Positions 47,924-56,879 of a stretch of 61,642 nt of DNA are shown here, in pieces. Each line of letters opens with the position of its first letter. The stretch's first letter is position 1. The position numbers and the translations under genes were made by a program. The stretch is from positions 1-61,642 of the IMG/VR virus record IMGVR_UViG_3300034072_001227. One strand, 5' to 3'. The notes beneath the pieces were generated by a model. The model did not search any database. It worked only from the letters and a program-made list of their open reading frames with translations, and was not told the DNA's origin. This DNA comes from a virus (Duplodnaviria; Caudoviricetes).

Positions 47924-48160
47924 ATGGAGACGATCAGCATGACGCCAAAGGAAACTGCGCTCGAGATCGCCGGCAAGCTGCGCGAGGCCGAAGCCGCTTC
48001 GCTCAGCCCGGAACTTGAGGAATTGCACAAGTCGCTCTGGGCTGGGATCTGGCGCCACGCGGACATCCTGGGCCTGACCGAAGATGATCTCAATGAGATC
48101 GGTAACGCTGGTCGCGGCATGGCAGCGCGCGACGGCGAGCCCAAGGACCGGCCGGAATAA
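47924..48160 (+). CDS. hypothetical acidic protein
   Basis: ORF after AT-rich intergenic region. Confidence 0.6.
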   Translation: METISMTPKETALEIAGKLREAEAASLSPELEELHKSLWAGIWRHADILGLTEDDLNEIGNAGRGMAARDGEPKDRPE

Positions 48161-48165
48161 TCGCG

Positions 48166-48639
48166 GTGCGGCCGGAGACGATCTTCTTCATCGGAATAGC
48201 AGCCCTTTGCCTGGGGCTGTCCAACGGTGCATCGGATGACGATCGCCCGGCCGCCCGCCTTTGCGCCGGCGCGCTGCTGTTCAACACGCTGGCGAGCAAC
48301 GCGGCTTGGTATCAGGGCATCATCTCCGGCGGCGGGGATGCGGCGGCCGTGTCGATGATCGTCATCATCTTCGCCCTCTTCCGTTACCAGCGCTCATGGA
48401 CGCTCCCTGTCGCCATCCTCGCCGTCACCTCGCTGCTGGTTCGCGGCATCTTCGACTCCATCGCGCCCGGCGCCCGCTGGTATCAAATATTCAGCGTCAA
48501 TGTGCTGTTCGTGCTACAGGTTTTCATCGTAGCGCTGGCTGCGATTTCCGGGGGAAGACGAGGTGAGCTTGATGTGGGGGATATTGGGGCTAGGCGCGAT
48601 AGTTGTGTTCATGGCGATGATCGCCGATCGGAAGATTAA
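48166..48639 (+). CDS. multi-pass membrane protein
   Basis: about 5 hydrophobic segments. Confidence 0.7.
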   Translation: MRPETIFFIGIAALCLGLSNGASDDDRPAARLCAGALLFNTLASNAAWYQGIISGGGDAAAVSMIVIIFALFRYQRSWTLPVAILAVTSLLVRGIFDSIAPGARWYQIFSVNVLFVLQVFIVALAAISGGRRGELDVGDIGARRDSCVHGDDRRSED

Positions 48640-48658
48640 CCGCCGGGGAGACTGAGAG

Positions 48659-49165
48659 ATGGCAACGCAAGATCCCGGCTTCATGGACGTCGCAGCAGTG
48701 GCCGGCGCATGGTTGCTCCTGATGTGGGGCGTCCGCTTCTCGGTCTCAGCCGGATCAACCCTTGTCCCTCTCGCCCAGGCTGGCGGCCGCATCGTCCGCC
48801 ACTCCATGGCTGGCCGCGACGCGACGCGCGAATGGACCCGGGCTTTCGATGAGGTCTTCCTCACCCTCAACATGTCGCTCATCAAGCCATGGGCCGTCGT
48901 CATGCTGCTGGGCGGCATGGTGCTGATGGGGATGGGCTATGGCTTCAACGCGACCGGCGACGTCGCCCTGCTGGTCTCGCCGGCACATTCCGCCCGCCTG
49001 ATTCCGCTCGATCGCGTGCTCGATCTGATGTCCGCCGTCTTCGGCGCCCTCGGCATGGCGGGCGGCCTGGCGGCCATCTCGCCCAAGCCCACGACTAGCA
49101 TGCTCATATCGCTGGGTTTCACTCTAGCCGGTATCGGTATAGGGGTTATCTCGTTCTACTTCTGA
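48659..49165 (+). CDS. multi-pass membrane protein
   Basis: about 4 hydrophobic segments. Confidence 0.7.
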   Translation: MATQDPGFMDVAAVAGAWLLLMWGVRFSVSAGSTLVPLAQAGGRIVRHSMAGRDATREWTRAFDEVFLTLNMSLIKPWAVVMLLGGMVLMGMGYGFNATGDVALLVSPAHSARLIPLDRVLDLMSAVFGALGMAGGLAAISPKPTTSMLISLGFTLAGIGIGVISFYF

Positions 49166-49181
49166 ACGGGATCGCGCCATC

Positions 49182-49505
49182 ATGTGGGAAAAGATTGTTG
49201 CCGCATGGCCATATGGAGCGCTTGCCATCCTCGCCGTTCTATCGGGCCAGATCGCCCGGCTGGGGCACCGGGCTGAGAAGGGTCTCCCCCTCACCCGTGC
49301 CCGCCTCTTCATAGAACTTTCGATGCTTCCCGCGCTCGGCTCGATCGTCGGCGCGGTGGCAGCGGATCACGACCTTCCCATCTGGCAGATCCTGTCGCTT
49401 GGCGTGGCGGCTGGCTGGGGCGGCTTCGCGACGATCCGCTTCGTCCATGCCATCGTGGTCGACCTGCTGCGCTACATGGTTGAGAAGCGCGCCGGGCCGC
49501 GCTGA
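49182..49505 (+). CDS. putative holin
   Basis: 3 TM segments, GVAAGWGG, basic C-terminus, near endolysin. Confidence 0.6.
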   Translation: MWEKIVAAWPYGALAILAVLSGQIARLGHRAEKGLPLTRARLFIELSMLPALGSIVGAVAADHDLPIWQILSLGVAAGWGGFATIRFVHAIVVDLLRYMVEKRAGPR

Positions 49506-49561
49506 TAGCGCCTGCTGCCTCGCTGTGATAAATGGTTCGCCTCTATAACAGGGAGGCAATC

Positions 49562-49903
49562 ATGCCCGATCTCGATATCGAAAAGCCCGACACGCCGATC
49601 ATCGTCCCCACCACGCCGGTAGCTGCGCAGGCTTCCACCCTCACCCGCGACCTTCTCATCCTGGTCGCGGCCCTGCCCGGCCTGCTGGCTGTCCTGGGCA
49701 CGCGCGACCTGCTCAAGGTCATCGCCTACATCCAGAGCGTCGAGTTCGCGCCTGCGCTGGGCGTCATCGTCCTCACGCTGGTTGCCATCTGGCGCCAGAT
49801 CATCGCGCGTCGTGAGACGGCCAAGCTCCAGATCATGAACCAGTGGACGCCCTCGGCCATCTCCATGACGAAGAGCGAAGCCGCGCAGGAGAAGCTGCCA
49901 TGA
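49562..49903 (+). CDS. two-TM lysis-associated protein
   Basis: GGGAGG SD; ATGA-coupled to endolysin. Confidence 0.65.
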   Translation: MPDLDIEKPDTPIIVPTTPVAAQASTLTRDLLILVAALPGLLAVLGTRDLLKVIAYIQSVEFAPALGVIVLTLVAIWRQIIARRETAKLQIMNQWTPSAISMTKSEAAQEKLP

Positions 49904-50619
49904 GCGACATGAGCCACAAGGATCTCCAACTCGCCGTCCAGCGCCTGGGCTTCGACCCTGGGGCGATCGATGGAATCTGGGGCGGCAAGAGCCGCGCGGC
50001 GACCATCGCGTGCCTCAAGGCCGGGCCGGATCTCGCCCTGACTGCCAGTGACGTCGCGCAGGCCGCCGCCATACTGGACGTCGAGCCTTACAAGATCTGG
50101 GCCGTCTATGAGGTGGAGGCGACCGGCAACCCGTTCACCAATGGCATGCCGACGATCCTCTTCGAGCCGCACCGCTTCTCCAAGGCGACCGGGCACCGCT
50201 ACGACGCCAGCCATCCCAAGATCTCATCCAAGGTCTGGAACAAGAAGCTCTATCCCGCGAGCCAGCAGGGGCGTTGGGATCAGGTTATGGATGCGGTCGC
50301 GCTCGACGTTGACGCCGGCTTTGCCTCGGCCTCCTACGGCGGCTTCCAGATCCTGGGCGAAAATTTCGCTGTCTGCGGCGCGCCTTCGCCTTGGGCCTTT
50401 GCCTGGCGGCAGTCACAGACCGTCGGCGACCAGATGGATGCGTTCGTCCTGTTCGTGAAGGGCAATGGCCTCGCGGCCAAGCTGCGCGCCTGCCAGCCCG
50501 GCGATCCCGATAGCTGCATCCCGTTCGTCTCGCGCTACAACGGCTCGGCCTTCCGGTCGAACAACTATCATGTCCGGTTCGCCACCGGCCTGACGGCGAT
50601 GAAGAAGAGATACGGGTAA
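49900..50619 (+). CDS. endolysin: PG-binding domain plus DUF3380-type N-acetylmuramidase
   Basis: LGFDPGAIDGIWG; EVEA, ILFEPHRF, ASYGGFQILGEN, RYNG. Confidence 0.9.
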   Translation: MSDMSHKDLQLAVQRLGFDPGAIDGIWGGKSRAATIACLKAGPDLALTASDVAQAAAILDVEPYKIWAVYEVEATGNPFTNGMPTILFEPHRFSKATGHRYDASHPKISSKVWNKKLYPASQQGRWDQVMDAVALDVDAGFASASYGGFQILGENFAVCGAPSPWAFAWRQSQTVGDQMDAFVLFVKGNGLAAKLRACQPGDPDSCIPFVSRYNGSAFRSNNYHVRFATGLTAMKKRYG

Positions 50620-50621
50620 AG

Positions 50622-50657
50622 AAAAACCCCCAGAGAGACGGAGCCTCCGGGGGTTTC
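50622..50657. terminator. probable bidirectional terminator where the two transcription directions converge
   Basis: AAAAACCCCC...GGGGGTTT hairpin. Confidence 0.65.
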
Positions 50658-50714
50658 CTGTCGGGCCAAGGCCAATCAGCTCGACACATCCTGCAAAGGA
50701 ATAACGATCCTATG

Positions 50715-51071
50715 TCATGGATCAGTTTGCGCGGCAAGGTGGCGCTTGCGCCGGTTCGGAGCCAGGCGCTCCCACTCGCGAACAAAGCCGTGCCGCGCCA
50801 CCTCGAGCCAGATCAGTTCGCACCCCGTCGGCATGCGGTTGCCCTTGCGCTGATTGCAGATGCCATGCGCTGCGACCATGTTGTTCATGCTGTGCTGCCC
50901 GCCCGCATGTAGCGGCACGACATGATCGCGGGTTGTGGCGAGGCGAGGGTCTGGCAGATCGCCAGCTGGCACGCGCCATAGCCCCAGGCCGCATATCCCG
51001 CACCGCCACCCTTGGCCTCGAGCAAGGGCTGATGTCATCTGTCGCTGCCGGCCACGCTCACGCCAATCCAT
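50715..51071 (-). CDS. HNH endonuclease
   Basis: CGICG...TRDHVVPLHAGG...NMVAAHGICNQRKG. Confidence 0.88.
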   Translation of the reverse strand: MDWRERGRQRQMTSALARGQGWRCGICGLGLWRVPAGDLPDPRLATTRDHVVPLHAGGQHSMNNMVAAHGICNQRKGNRMPTGCELIWLEVARHGFVREWERLAPNRRKRHLAAQTDP

Positions 51072-51429
51072 CGGCTTCCATTTCGGCCTCAACGCTTCCC
51101 CTCCCCGAGGCTGCGGCCCTGCCAGCCCAGATCGTCCCGGTGCTCGAAGACGGTCCAGCCCATCCACATGCGATCGAGGACGGGGGCGCCTCCCCCGGGG
51201 CAAGCATGACATGCGTCCATGCCAGTTCGTAAGGCTCGATCGGATCACACCAATCCCGCGACAGGGGGTAGCGCACCCGGCTGTTGACGGCGAACCTGCA
51301 GCCCACAACCATTGCCGCTGCCTGGAGGCGCAGGAGCCATGCTTCATGCCGCTCGAGCGCGATGCGGCTGGCCTCTGCCTCGATCCCCCGCGCCATGGCC
51401 TCTGGCACGATGAGGTCGAGCCCCCTCAC
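51058..51429 (-). CDS. hypothetical protein
   Basis: coupled ORF. Confidence 0.55.
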   Translation of the reverse strand: MRGLDLIVPEAMARGIEAEASRIALERHEAWLLRLQAAAMVVGCRFAVNSRVRYPLSRDWCDPIEPYELAWTHVMLAPGEAPPSSIACGWAGPSSSTGTIWAGRAAASGRGSVEAEMEADGLA

Positions 51430-51611
51430 TTCTTCCCCTCATTGATCGGCATGGAGGGCAGGGGCTTGCCATAGACCGGCTCCCCGGCGGCCTGCCGGCG
51501 CTGGATCTCCTTGAGCCGCGCCTTCATGGCCTCGCAGCGCTTGCCGCCATTGTTGTAGCCGTTGCCCGGCCGGGGCGTTCCCGGGATGCCGCGCGCGCCC
51601 ATCTTCACCAC
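51426..51611 (-). CDS. small basic protein
   Basis: coupled ORF. Confidence 0.55.
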   Translation of the reverse strand: MVKMGARGIPGTPRPGNGYNNGGKRCEAMKARLKEIQRRQAAGEPVYGKPLPSMPINEGKK

Positions 51612-52522
51612 CTCCGATCATGGCGCAGGCGCACCAGAGCCGGCGACCCGCCGTTCTTCGCCCCGACGCGCTGCTGCTCAAGGATCTCGACGATCGGCGC
51701 CTTCCCGGCCGCAAGAGCCGCCTCGAGCTCCTGCCACTCGCTTCGGCCAACGCCCATCACGACCTTCATGGTCCGCCCCGCGCTGGTCTTGACCATCATG
51801 CCGGCCGGCGAAGAGTTCTTGATGAGCAGGTCAATCACATGGACATCGAGCGTGTTGGCGCACTTCATCTTGAACCAGCCACCGCCGCGACGGCGCTCAT
51901 AGAAGCCGTGGGGGTCTTTGATGACCATGCCCTCAGCGCCCATCGCGCCATATTGCTGGAAGGTGCGCACCAGATCGCGGCCCTTGACCTCGCGGCTGGT
52001 GATGAACCCGACCCAAGGGCAAGCGACCTTCTTCACCAGCTGCTCGAGCGTGTGCCGGCGCTCACGGCGCGCAAGCTCGCACCGGCGGCCGCTCTGCCAG
52101 ATGTTGAGCGGGACCATGTCGTGGAGGAAGAGCGAGCCGATGCCCTTGCGCGACTTGAAGGCGCTGATCGTCGCGTCGAATCCTGCCGGCTCGACATATT
52201 CGCCATGGAAGAATAGCGGCATGCCCGCCAGGCGCTCCATCTCCGCCAGAGCGGGGATGCAATGAGTGGCGCAGTCGAGCGGCGTGCCCTCGAGCGTCAC
52301 CATGCGGCCGTCGATGTAGAGGCCGCAGATGCCGTCGATCTTCATCTCGACGTCCCAGACGCGGCTCTGGTCGAGCGGGGCACTATCGAGCGCCGCCGGC
52401 TTTTGCGCCAGTTCATGGGCCATGTCGGCGCCGCGGATGAGGTGCGGGGTCTGGATGATGTGCTCCATCTTCCACGGCTGTTCCGGTCGGCCTTCCGGCT
52501 GGTGAACGGTTCCCTCAGTCAT
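51605..52522 (-). CDS. lig: ATP-dependent DNA ligase (minimal)
   Basis: EMKIDG motif I, HGE, LHD, EGMVIKD, WFKMK. Confidence 0.88.
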   Translation of the reverse strand: MTEGTVHQPEGRPEQPWKMEHIIQTPHLIRGADMAHELAQKPAALDSAPLDQSRVWDVEMKIDGICGLYIDGRMVTLEGTPLDCATHCIPALAEMERLAGMPLFFHGEYVEPAGFDATISAFKSRKGIGSLFLHDMVPLNIWQSGRRCELARRERRHTLEQLVKKVACPWVGFITSREVKGRDLVRTFQQYGAMGAEGMVIKDPHGFYERRRGGGWFKMKCANTLDVHVIDLLIKNSSPAGMMVKTSAGRTMKVVMGVGRSEWQELEAALAAGKAPIVEILEQQRVGAKNGGSPALVRLRHDRRW

Positions 52523-52760
52523 GGTCTTCTTCCTTTCCATATGTGGGTTGATCCGACTTCTCGATGACGATGATCGCTCCTTTGTCCAGGCGGCCCGCCA
52601 TGGAATAAACCGCCAGAGCCACCGTATCATGCAATGCCTCCATGCCCTCGAAGCGGCGCCCGGTCGCCCCGAGGGAGTAGCGCTGGAACGGCTCCCCTGC
52701 GGCTGGCCAGATGTGGAGGCGCGGGCGGCTGTCGGCTCCGGTGATGAGCTCATTTGCCAA
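52515..52760 (-). CDS. hypothetical protein
   Basis: coupled ORF. Confidence 0.55.
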   Translation of the reverse strand: MANELITGADSRPRLHIWPAAGEPFQRYSLGATGRRFEGMEALHDTVALAVYSMAGRLDKGAIIVIEKSDQPTYGKEEDHD

Positions 52761-53010
52761 GGCTCGCCTCCAGCGCCTCGATGCGCTCCAGCTGCAGCGT
52801 CATCACCTCGACCAGCCCGATGCAGATATTCCCGAGCTGGGCGAAGTTCCCCCGGATGAGGTCCAGGTTCTCCTGCTTGAACGGGAGAGGGTGGGAGCAT
52901 TCCGACGCGAGGCGGTGGATGTTGTCGCCGATGCCAAGGAGATACTGGCGCTCGGTCGAAACCGGATCCGCTTTGGGCGCAGCCGGCCTTGGCGTGCTCC
53001 CCCTATGCAT
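52750..53010 (-). CDS. hypothetical protein
   Basis: GGAG SD; coupled. Confidence 0.55.
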   Translation of the reverse strand: MHRGSTPRPAAPKADPVSTERQYLLGIGDNIHRLASECSHPLPFKQENLDLIRGNFAQLGNICIGLVEVMTLQLERIEALEASLGK

Positions 53011-53506
53011 CAACCGTCTCCCCCGAGCCGATCGACACCTCGACATGCTCGACCAGCATGCGGATGGCGTTGCTCTCAGCGTCGGAAAGCACGGTGCCGT
53101 CCTTCGCCTCGATCATGCGGCCGGCAACCTCGATCGCCCAGCGGAGATCATCGGTCGCCTGCCCCTCGCCGTTGACGATCCCCATCATGACCTTGGCGCT
53201 GTTGGCCAGGAGCCAGTTGCGCGCGTCCTGCTTCACATCGTCGCCGATCGGAGAGGGGCGGATGAGGCGCATGCTGTCCTCAAGGGTGGTGCGCAGGGAC
53301 GACTGCTCCCGGTCGGTCTCGCCCGGCAGGCTGGAGTGGCCGGTCAGGAGCGTGAGCCAGCGGCGGCCGCGCGCGCTGGGCGGCGGGGCGTATAGGTAGA
53401 AAACCCGCATGGAGGTCCAGCGCGGCTTCTGCGGCTGGCCCTCGGGCGCCTGGGTGCTGCGCTCGGCAATGAGGGTGGCGTATTTGGGGTGTGCGAGGGT
53501 GGTCAT
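53003..53506 (-). CDS. hypothetical protein
   Basis: AAGGA SD; ATGA coupling. Confidence 0.65.
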   Translation of the reverse strand: MTTLAHPKYATLIAERSTQAPEGQPQKPRWTSMRVFYLYAPPPSARGRRWLTLLTGHSSLPGETDREQSSLRTTLEDSMRLIRPSPIGDDVKQDARNWLLANSAKVMMGIVNGEGQATDDLRWAIEVAGRMIEAKDGTVLSDAESNAIRMLVEHVEVSIGSGETVDA

Positions 53507-53850
53507 TCGTCGTCCTTCGGCTGGTCGATGATGGTTTGCGAGGCGGGAACCTTGGCATGGGGCAGGGAGCGGATGCGATCGCGATCCATGATCTCCCGGC
53601 CAGCCGCATAGTCGCGAGCGACCTTGCTGTCCTCGATCGTCACGCCCGGCGCGTCGCGCAGCCACTTCGTGCGGTAGATGCGCACGCCGGGCACGCTGTC
53701 GTCCTCATCCAGCGTGAGATCCACGTAGCGGTTGCGCTGCAGCCAATCGAGCGGGATGCGGATCTCGCCGCCAGCGGCCGCGACAAGGATCTTGGCCATG
53801 CGGGTGACGTCGCGCTCCGTCATGGAGGTGTATTTGCGCTCGGTCATCAC
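53503..53850 (-). CDS. hypothetical protein
   Basis: coupled ORF. Confidence 0.65.
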   Translation of the reverse strand: MMTERKYTSMTERDVTRMAKILVAAAGGEIRIPLDWLQRNRYVDLTLDEDDSVPGVRIYRTKWLRDAPGVTIEDSKVARDYAAGREIMDRDRIRSLPHAKVPASQTIIDQPKDDE

Positions 53851-54305
53851 GCGCGCCCCGAGGGATAGACCAGCGTGGACAGGGTTTCCCCGCGCCGCTC
53901 AGCCGCCTCATGAGCCTTCCTCATGGTCTCCCGGCTCTGCTCAGCCAGCGTCGACCCGATCCTGGCGCAATATGCGAGGTCGAACATGACATCGAAGAAG
54001 TCCTCAGCCATCTTCGCGGCATAGTCGGAGGAAGCGAAGACGCGGCCGCCGTAGGACAGGCGCAGTCCACTTTCGGCATCCGAAATGCAGAAGCCGTCGC
54101 CATAGCCGTCTTCCACGATCATGCGATGGACCGCGAGACCTTTACCATCGAAGATGGCGTCGACTTCCCGCGGGCCAGTGGTGGACGGGACGGTGAGCGT
54201 GTCGCGGAACCAGCCCGCGCGATCGTGCAGAATGTTGTCCATCTCGCCGAAGGTGATACATGAAGGGAGCGCCACCACGCCGAAAGTCGTGATTTTGTCG
54301 GTCAT
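53847..54305 (-). CDS. hypothetical protein
   Basis: coupled ORF. Confidence 0.65.
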   Translation of the reverse strand: MTDKITTFGVVALPSCITFGEMDNILHDRAGWFRDTLTVPSTTGPREVDAIFDGKGLAVHRMIVEDGYGDGFCISDAESGLRLSYGGRVFASSDYAAKMAEDFFDVMFDLAYCARIGSTLAEQSRETMRKAHEAAERRGETLSTLVYPSGRA

Positions 54306-54757
54306 TTCCTGTCTCCGTTGATGTCCCCATCGGGATAGAGCTTGGCGATTTCCTTCTGCGCCCGAACAAAGACACTCTCGCGCATGGAGTAGAGAAGGCC
54401 GTCACCCATGGCGCGGACGATGCAATCGCCAGGCGGCGGCCGGAGGCGGTCGAAGCGCTCCTGATGGCGGAACCACATATTGCCCAGCGCGAGCTCGATC
54501 ATGAGATCAACGCAGCGCTCATCCCGGTCGCTGCCGGGAACCTTGGAGACGCGAACATCGACGTTCTCATTCCAGGTCAGGGCAACATCCTCCAGAAGCT
54601 CCAGCGCCAGCCCGGTCGCGCCGGTGCGCAGCGCTTCAATCGCGTGCTGCAGGCGCTGCTTGGCCCGGCTATTGAGGGCGATGCGGCGGTTCTCAGCCTT
54701 GAGGCGCTCTTCGCGCAACCGCGCTTCCCATTCGGCTTTGCTCCAGCGCTCTGTCAT
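54302..54757 (-). CDS. hypothetical protein
   Basis: coupled ORF. Confidence 0.65.
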   Translation of the reverse strand: MTERWSKAEWEARLREERLKAENRRIALNSRAKQRLQHAIEALRTGATGLALELLEDVALTWNENVDVRVSKVPGSDRDERCVDLMIELALGNMWFRHQERFDRLRPPPGDCIVRAMGDGLLYSMRESVFVRAQKEIAKLYPDGDINGDRK

Positions 54758-54981
54758 GCCGCCTTACCTTCGATCAGTATCTCGGCCGGCGCAGCTTCCG
54801 CGACGCCCGCCCAGAGGATTTCCACGAACTGCGCCGCGCCGTCGCCGCTGGAGACGCGGAGCGCGCTCTCCGCACAGGTGATCGCCATCGACATGTTGCG
54901 CGCGTTGGTCGTGTAGGACCATTCGGCGATCTCGCCCCGCACCTCAGCCATGGCGCGAACAGTGATCCCGGCTTTAAGCAT
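54754..54981 (-). CDS. hypothetical protein
   Basis: GGAG SD; coupled. Confidence 0.55.
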   Translation of the reverse strand: MLKAGITVRAMAEVRGEIAEWSYTTNARNMSMAITCAESALRVSSGDGAAQFVEILWAGVAEAAPAEILIEGKAA

Positions 54982-55294
54982 CGTGCGTCTCCGAGGGGAT
55001 GAACGAGCCCAGAGCACCGATGTCGAACAGCCAGGCGTTGCGATAGCTCCAGGTCATGACGCGCTCACCGCCCGGCGCGCGCTCATCGAACCAGATAGCG
55101 GTCTGGCCGAAGAAGAGCGCGCTGGGCGGGTCGGTGTCGCGCACGACGCGGTAGATGCGGCCGTGCATGTCGCGCTTCCACCCGTTGGCCTTGCACATCG
55201 CCACCAGAGGCAGGCCAAGGAGCGCCTTCCAGAGCGGCGGGAAAGCGCTGCCCGTGACATAGGCGGAGCGGCGGATGCGGTCTTTGAGGGTCAT
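54974..55294 (-). CDS. hypothetical protein
   Basis: CAGATGGAAGGA leader. Confidence 0.7.
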   Translation of the reverse strand: MTLKDRIRRSAYVTGSAFPPLWKALLGLPLVAMCKANGWKRDMHGRIYRVVRDTDPPSALFFGQTAIWFDERAPGGERVMTWSYRNAWLFDIGALGSFIPSETHDA

Positions 55295-55359
55295 GTATAT
55301 TCCTTCCATCTGCTTGAAGCGTCCCCGGGCTCTGTGCCCCGCCCGGGAGGGGATTGGTA

Positions 55360-55803
55360 TCAAGCCTTCTTGCGCCCCAGGCCGGAGGCGACGGCGAGCG
55401 CCTTGCGCTGCTCGGAATAAGCGGCCGCCGTCATGGGGTAGTCGTGCGGAAGACCGAAGCGCTCGCGGTAGCTGTCCGGCGTGTGGCCATTCAGCCCCAG
55501 GTGGCGCTTGAGCATCTTGTAGGGCTTGCCATCGAGGAAGCTGATGAGCGCATCGGGGCGGATTGACTTGCGGATCTCGCTCGCGGTCGGCTTGGGCGGG
55601 CTGGGGATGGACGGCGCCTCCTTGGCGTCCATGCCAGCGACATAGCGAAGGGCATCGCCGATCGAGCGGATCAGCGCGCCGATGCCTTCGGGCGAAGCGG
55701 CATGCGAGGTATGCGAGGTATGCGAGAGGTGTGCCGACGCAATCTGCGCGGTCAATTCAGCGATATCGAGCGAGCTGATCTCGCGGGGGAAAGTCTGGGA
55801 CAT
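55360..55803 (-). CDS. mucR: MucR/Ros family transcriptional regulator
   Basis: ELTAQIASAHL...KSIRPDALISFLDGKPYKMLKRHL...YRERFGLPHDYPMTA..YSEQRKALA..SGLGRK. Confidence 0.93.
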   Translation of the reverse strand: MSQTFPREISSLDIAELTAQIASAHLSHTSHTSHAASPEGIGALIRSIGDALRYVAGMDAKEAPSIPSPPKPTASEIRKSIRPDALISFLDGKPYKMLKRHLGLNGHTPDSYRERFGLPHDYPMTAAAYSEQRKALAVASGLGRKKA

Positions 55804-55876
55804 GAAATTGGCCTTTCGTGTTCGGGCATGATCGCCCAGCCTCGCGGCGGCTGGTGGGCCGCCGTCCGGTGGGGGA

Positions 55877-56230
55877 TCAGGCGGACGGGTCTAGCGCCAC
55901 GCGGCGGCACCAGTCGCAGCCGCAATTGGGATCGTCATGATCGAGCGGCACGGCTGGAGCGGGCGCTGTCGGCGTAACCTTGGAGGCGTTGCCCACTACC
56001 AGCCCGACGATATCAGCCAGCAGCCCGGCGGCATCGTCCGCCTCATCCGCAAAGGTGAACGGAATGACCATCTCCGCGTAGCGCACGGTGTGCCCACTCA
56101 GCAGCTTGTGCCGGATGGTGCAGGAGACATGGAACCCGGCCGGGAGGATCTCGATCTTGGTGCCGCGACCGGCCTGGCGCTCGGCATTGAGCAGCGCGCC
56201 GATGGCCTTGAGGGTGGATGCGTCGATCAT
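55877..56230 (-). CDS. hypothetical protein
   Basis: GGGAG SD; ATGA coupling. Confidence 0.65.
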   Translation of the reverse strand: MIDASTLKAIGALLNAERQAGRGTKIEILPAGFHVSCTIRHKLLSGHTVRYAEMVIPFTFADEADDAAGLLADIVGLVVGNASKVTPTAPAPAVPLDHDDPNCGCDWCRRVALDPSA

Positions 56231-56847
56231 GCGCCCGCGCTCCCGTCCTGGTGGGTGATGATCCACGACAGGGCGAGGTGCCCCGCGTGCGCCCGACAGA
56301 TGGGCTTGCCGTCCACAAGGAAGTCGGAGCGCTTGCCGCACAGGTTGGTCGGGAGGCCCCTGCGCTCGCGTTCGTGAAGGGCATAGCGGCTGTGCGGCGT
56401 CGCCCGATCCTTGGCAACCCGGATCGGCTGGACGCAGGGCGCGCGGTTGCTCCCGATCTCGCGCACGGGCTTGATGGTGGGAATGGTCATGGGTCTGGCC
56501 TCCATATCGGCAAGGATGGTGCGAGCGCGGGCAATCAGCCCATCAACCGCCGTGTCGTTGTCGAGATCGCGGCCATCGGCTTCCGCCTGCGTCGTCATGC
56601 GGCTGATCTGCTCGACAAAGGCCAGCAGGGTTTCGGCCGCGTCCTTCGCGCAGTCGGCGCGGGTATATTCGCGCACGCTGGCCGCGTCGCCCAAGTCATT
56701 AAGGGTGGTGTCTTCGTCGAAATCGACGCCCCACGCCTCGCAAAGGCGCTCGACCGCGAAGGCCTCCGCATCCTCCAGCGTGAGGGCGTCAACCGATTCC
56801 GCGAATAGTCCGCCATCGCAGGAGCCTTCGATAAGATAGCGTTTCAT
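56227..56847 (-). CDS. hypothetical protein
   Basis: ATGGAAGGA leader. Confidence 0.7.
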   Translation of the reverse strand: MKRYLIEGSCDGGLFAESVDALTLEDAEAFAVERLCEAWGVDFDEDTTLNDLGDAASVREYTRADCAKDAAETLLAFVEQISRMTTQAEADGRDLDNDTAVDGLIARARTILADMEARPMTIPTIKPVREIGSNRAPCVQPIRVAKDRATPHSRYALHERERRGLPTNLCGKRSDFLVDGKPICRAHAGHLALSWIITHQDGSAGA

Positions 56848-56879
56848 GTGTCGTCCTTCCATTTCTCTAAAGGGTGGTG

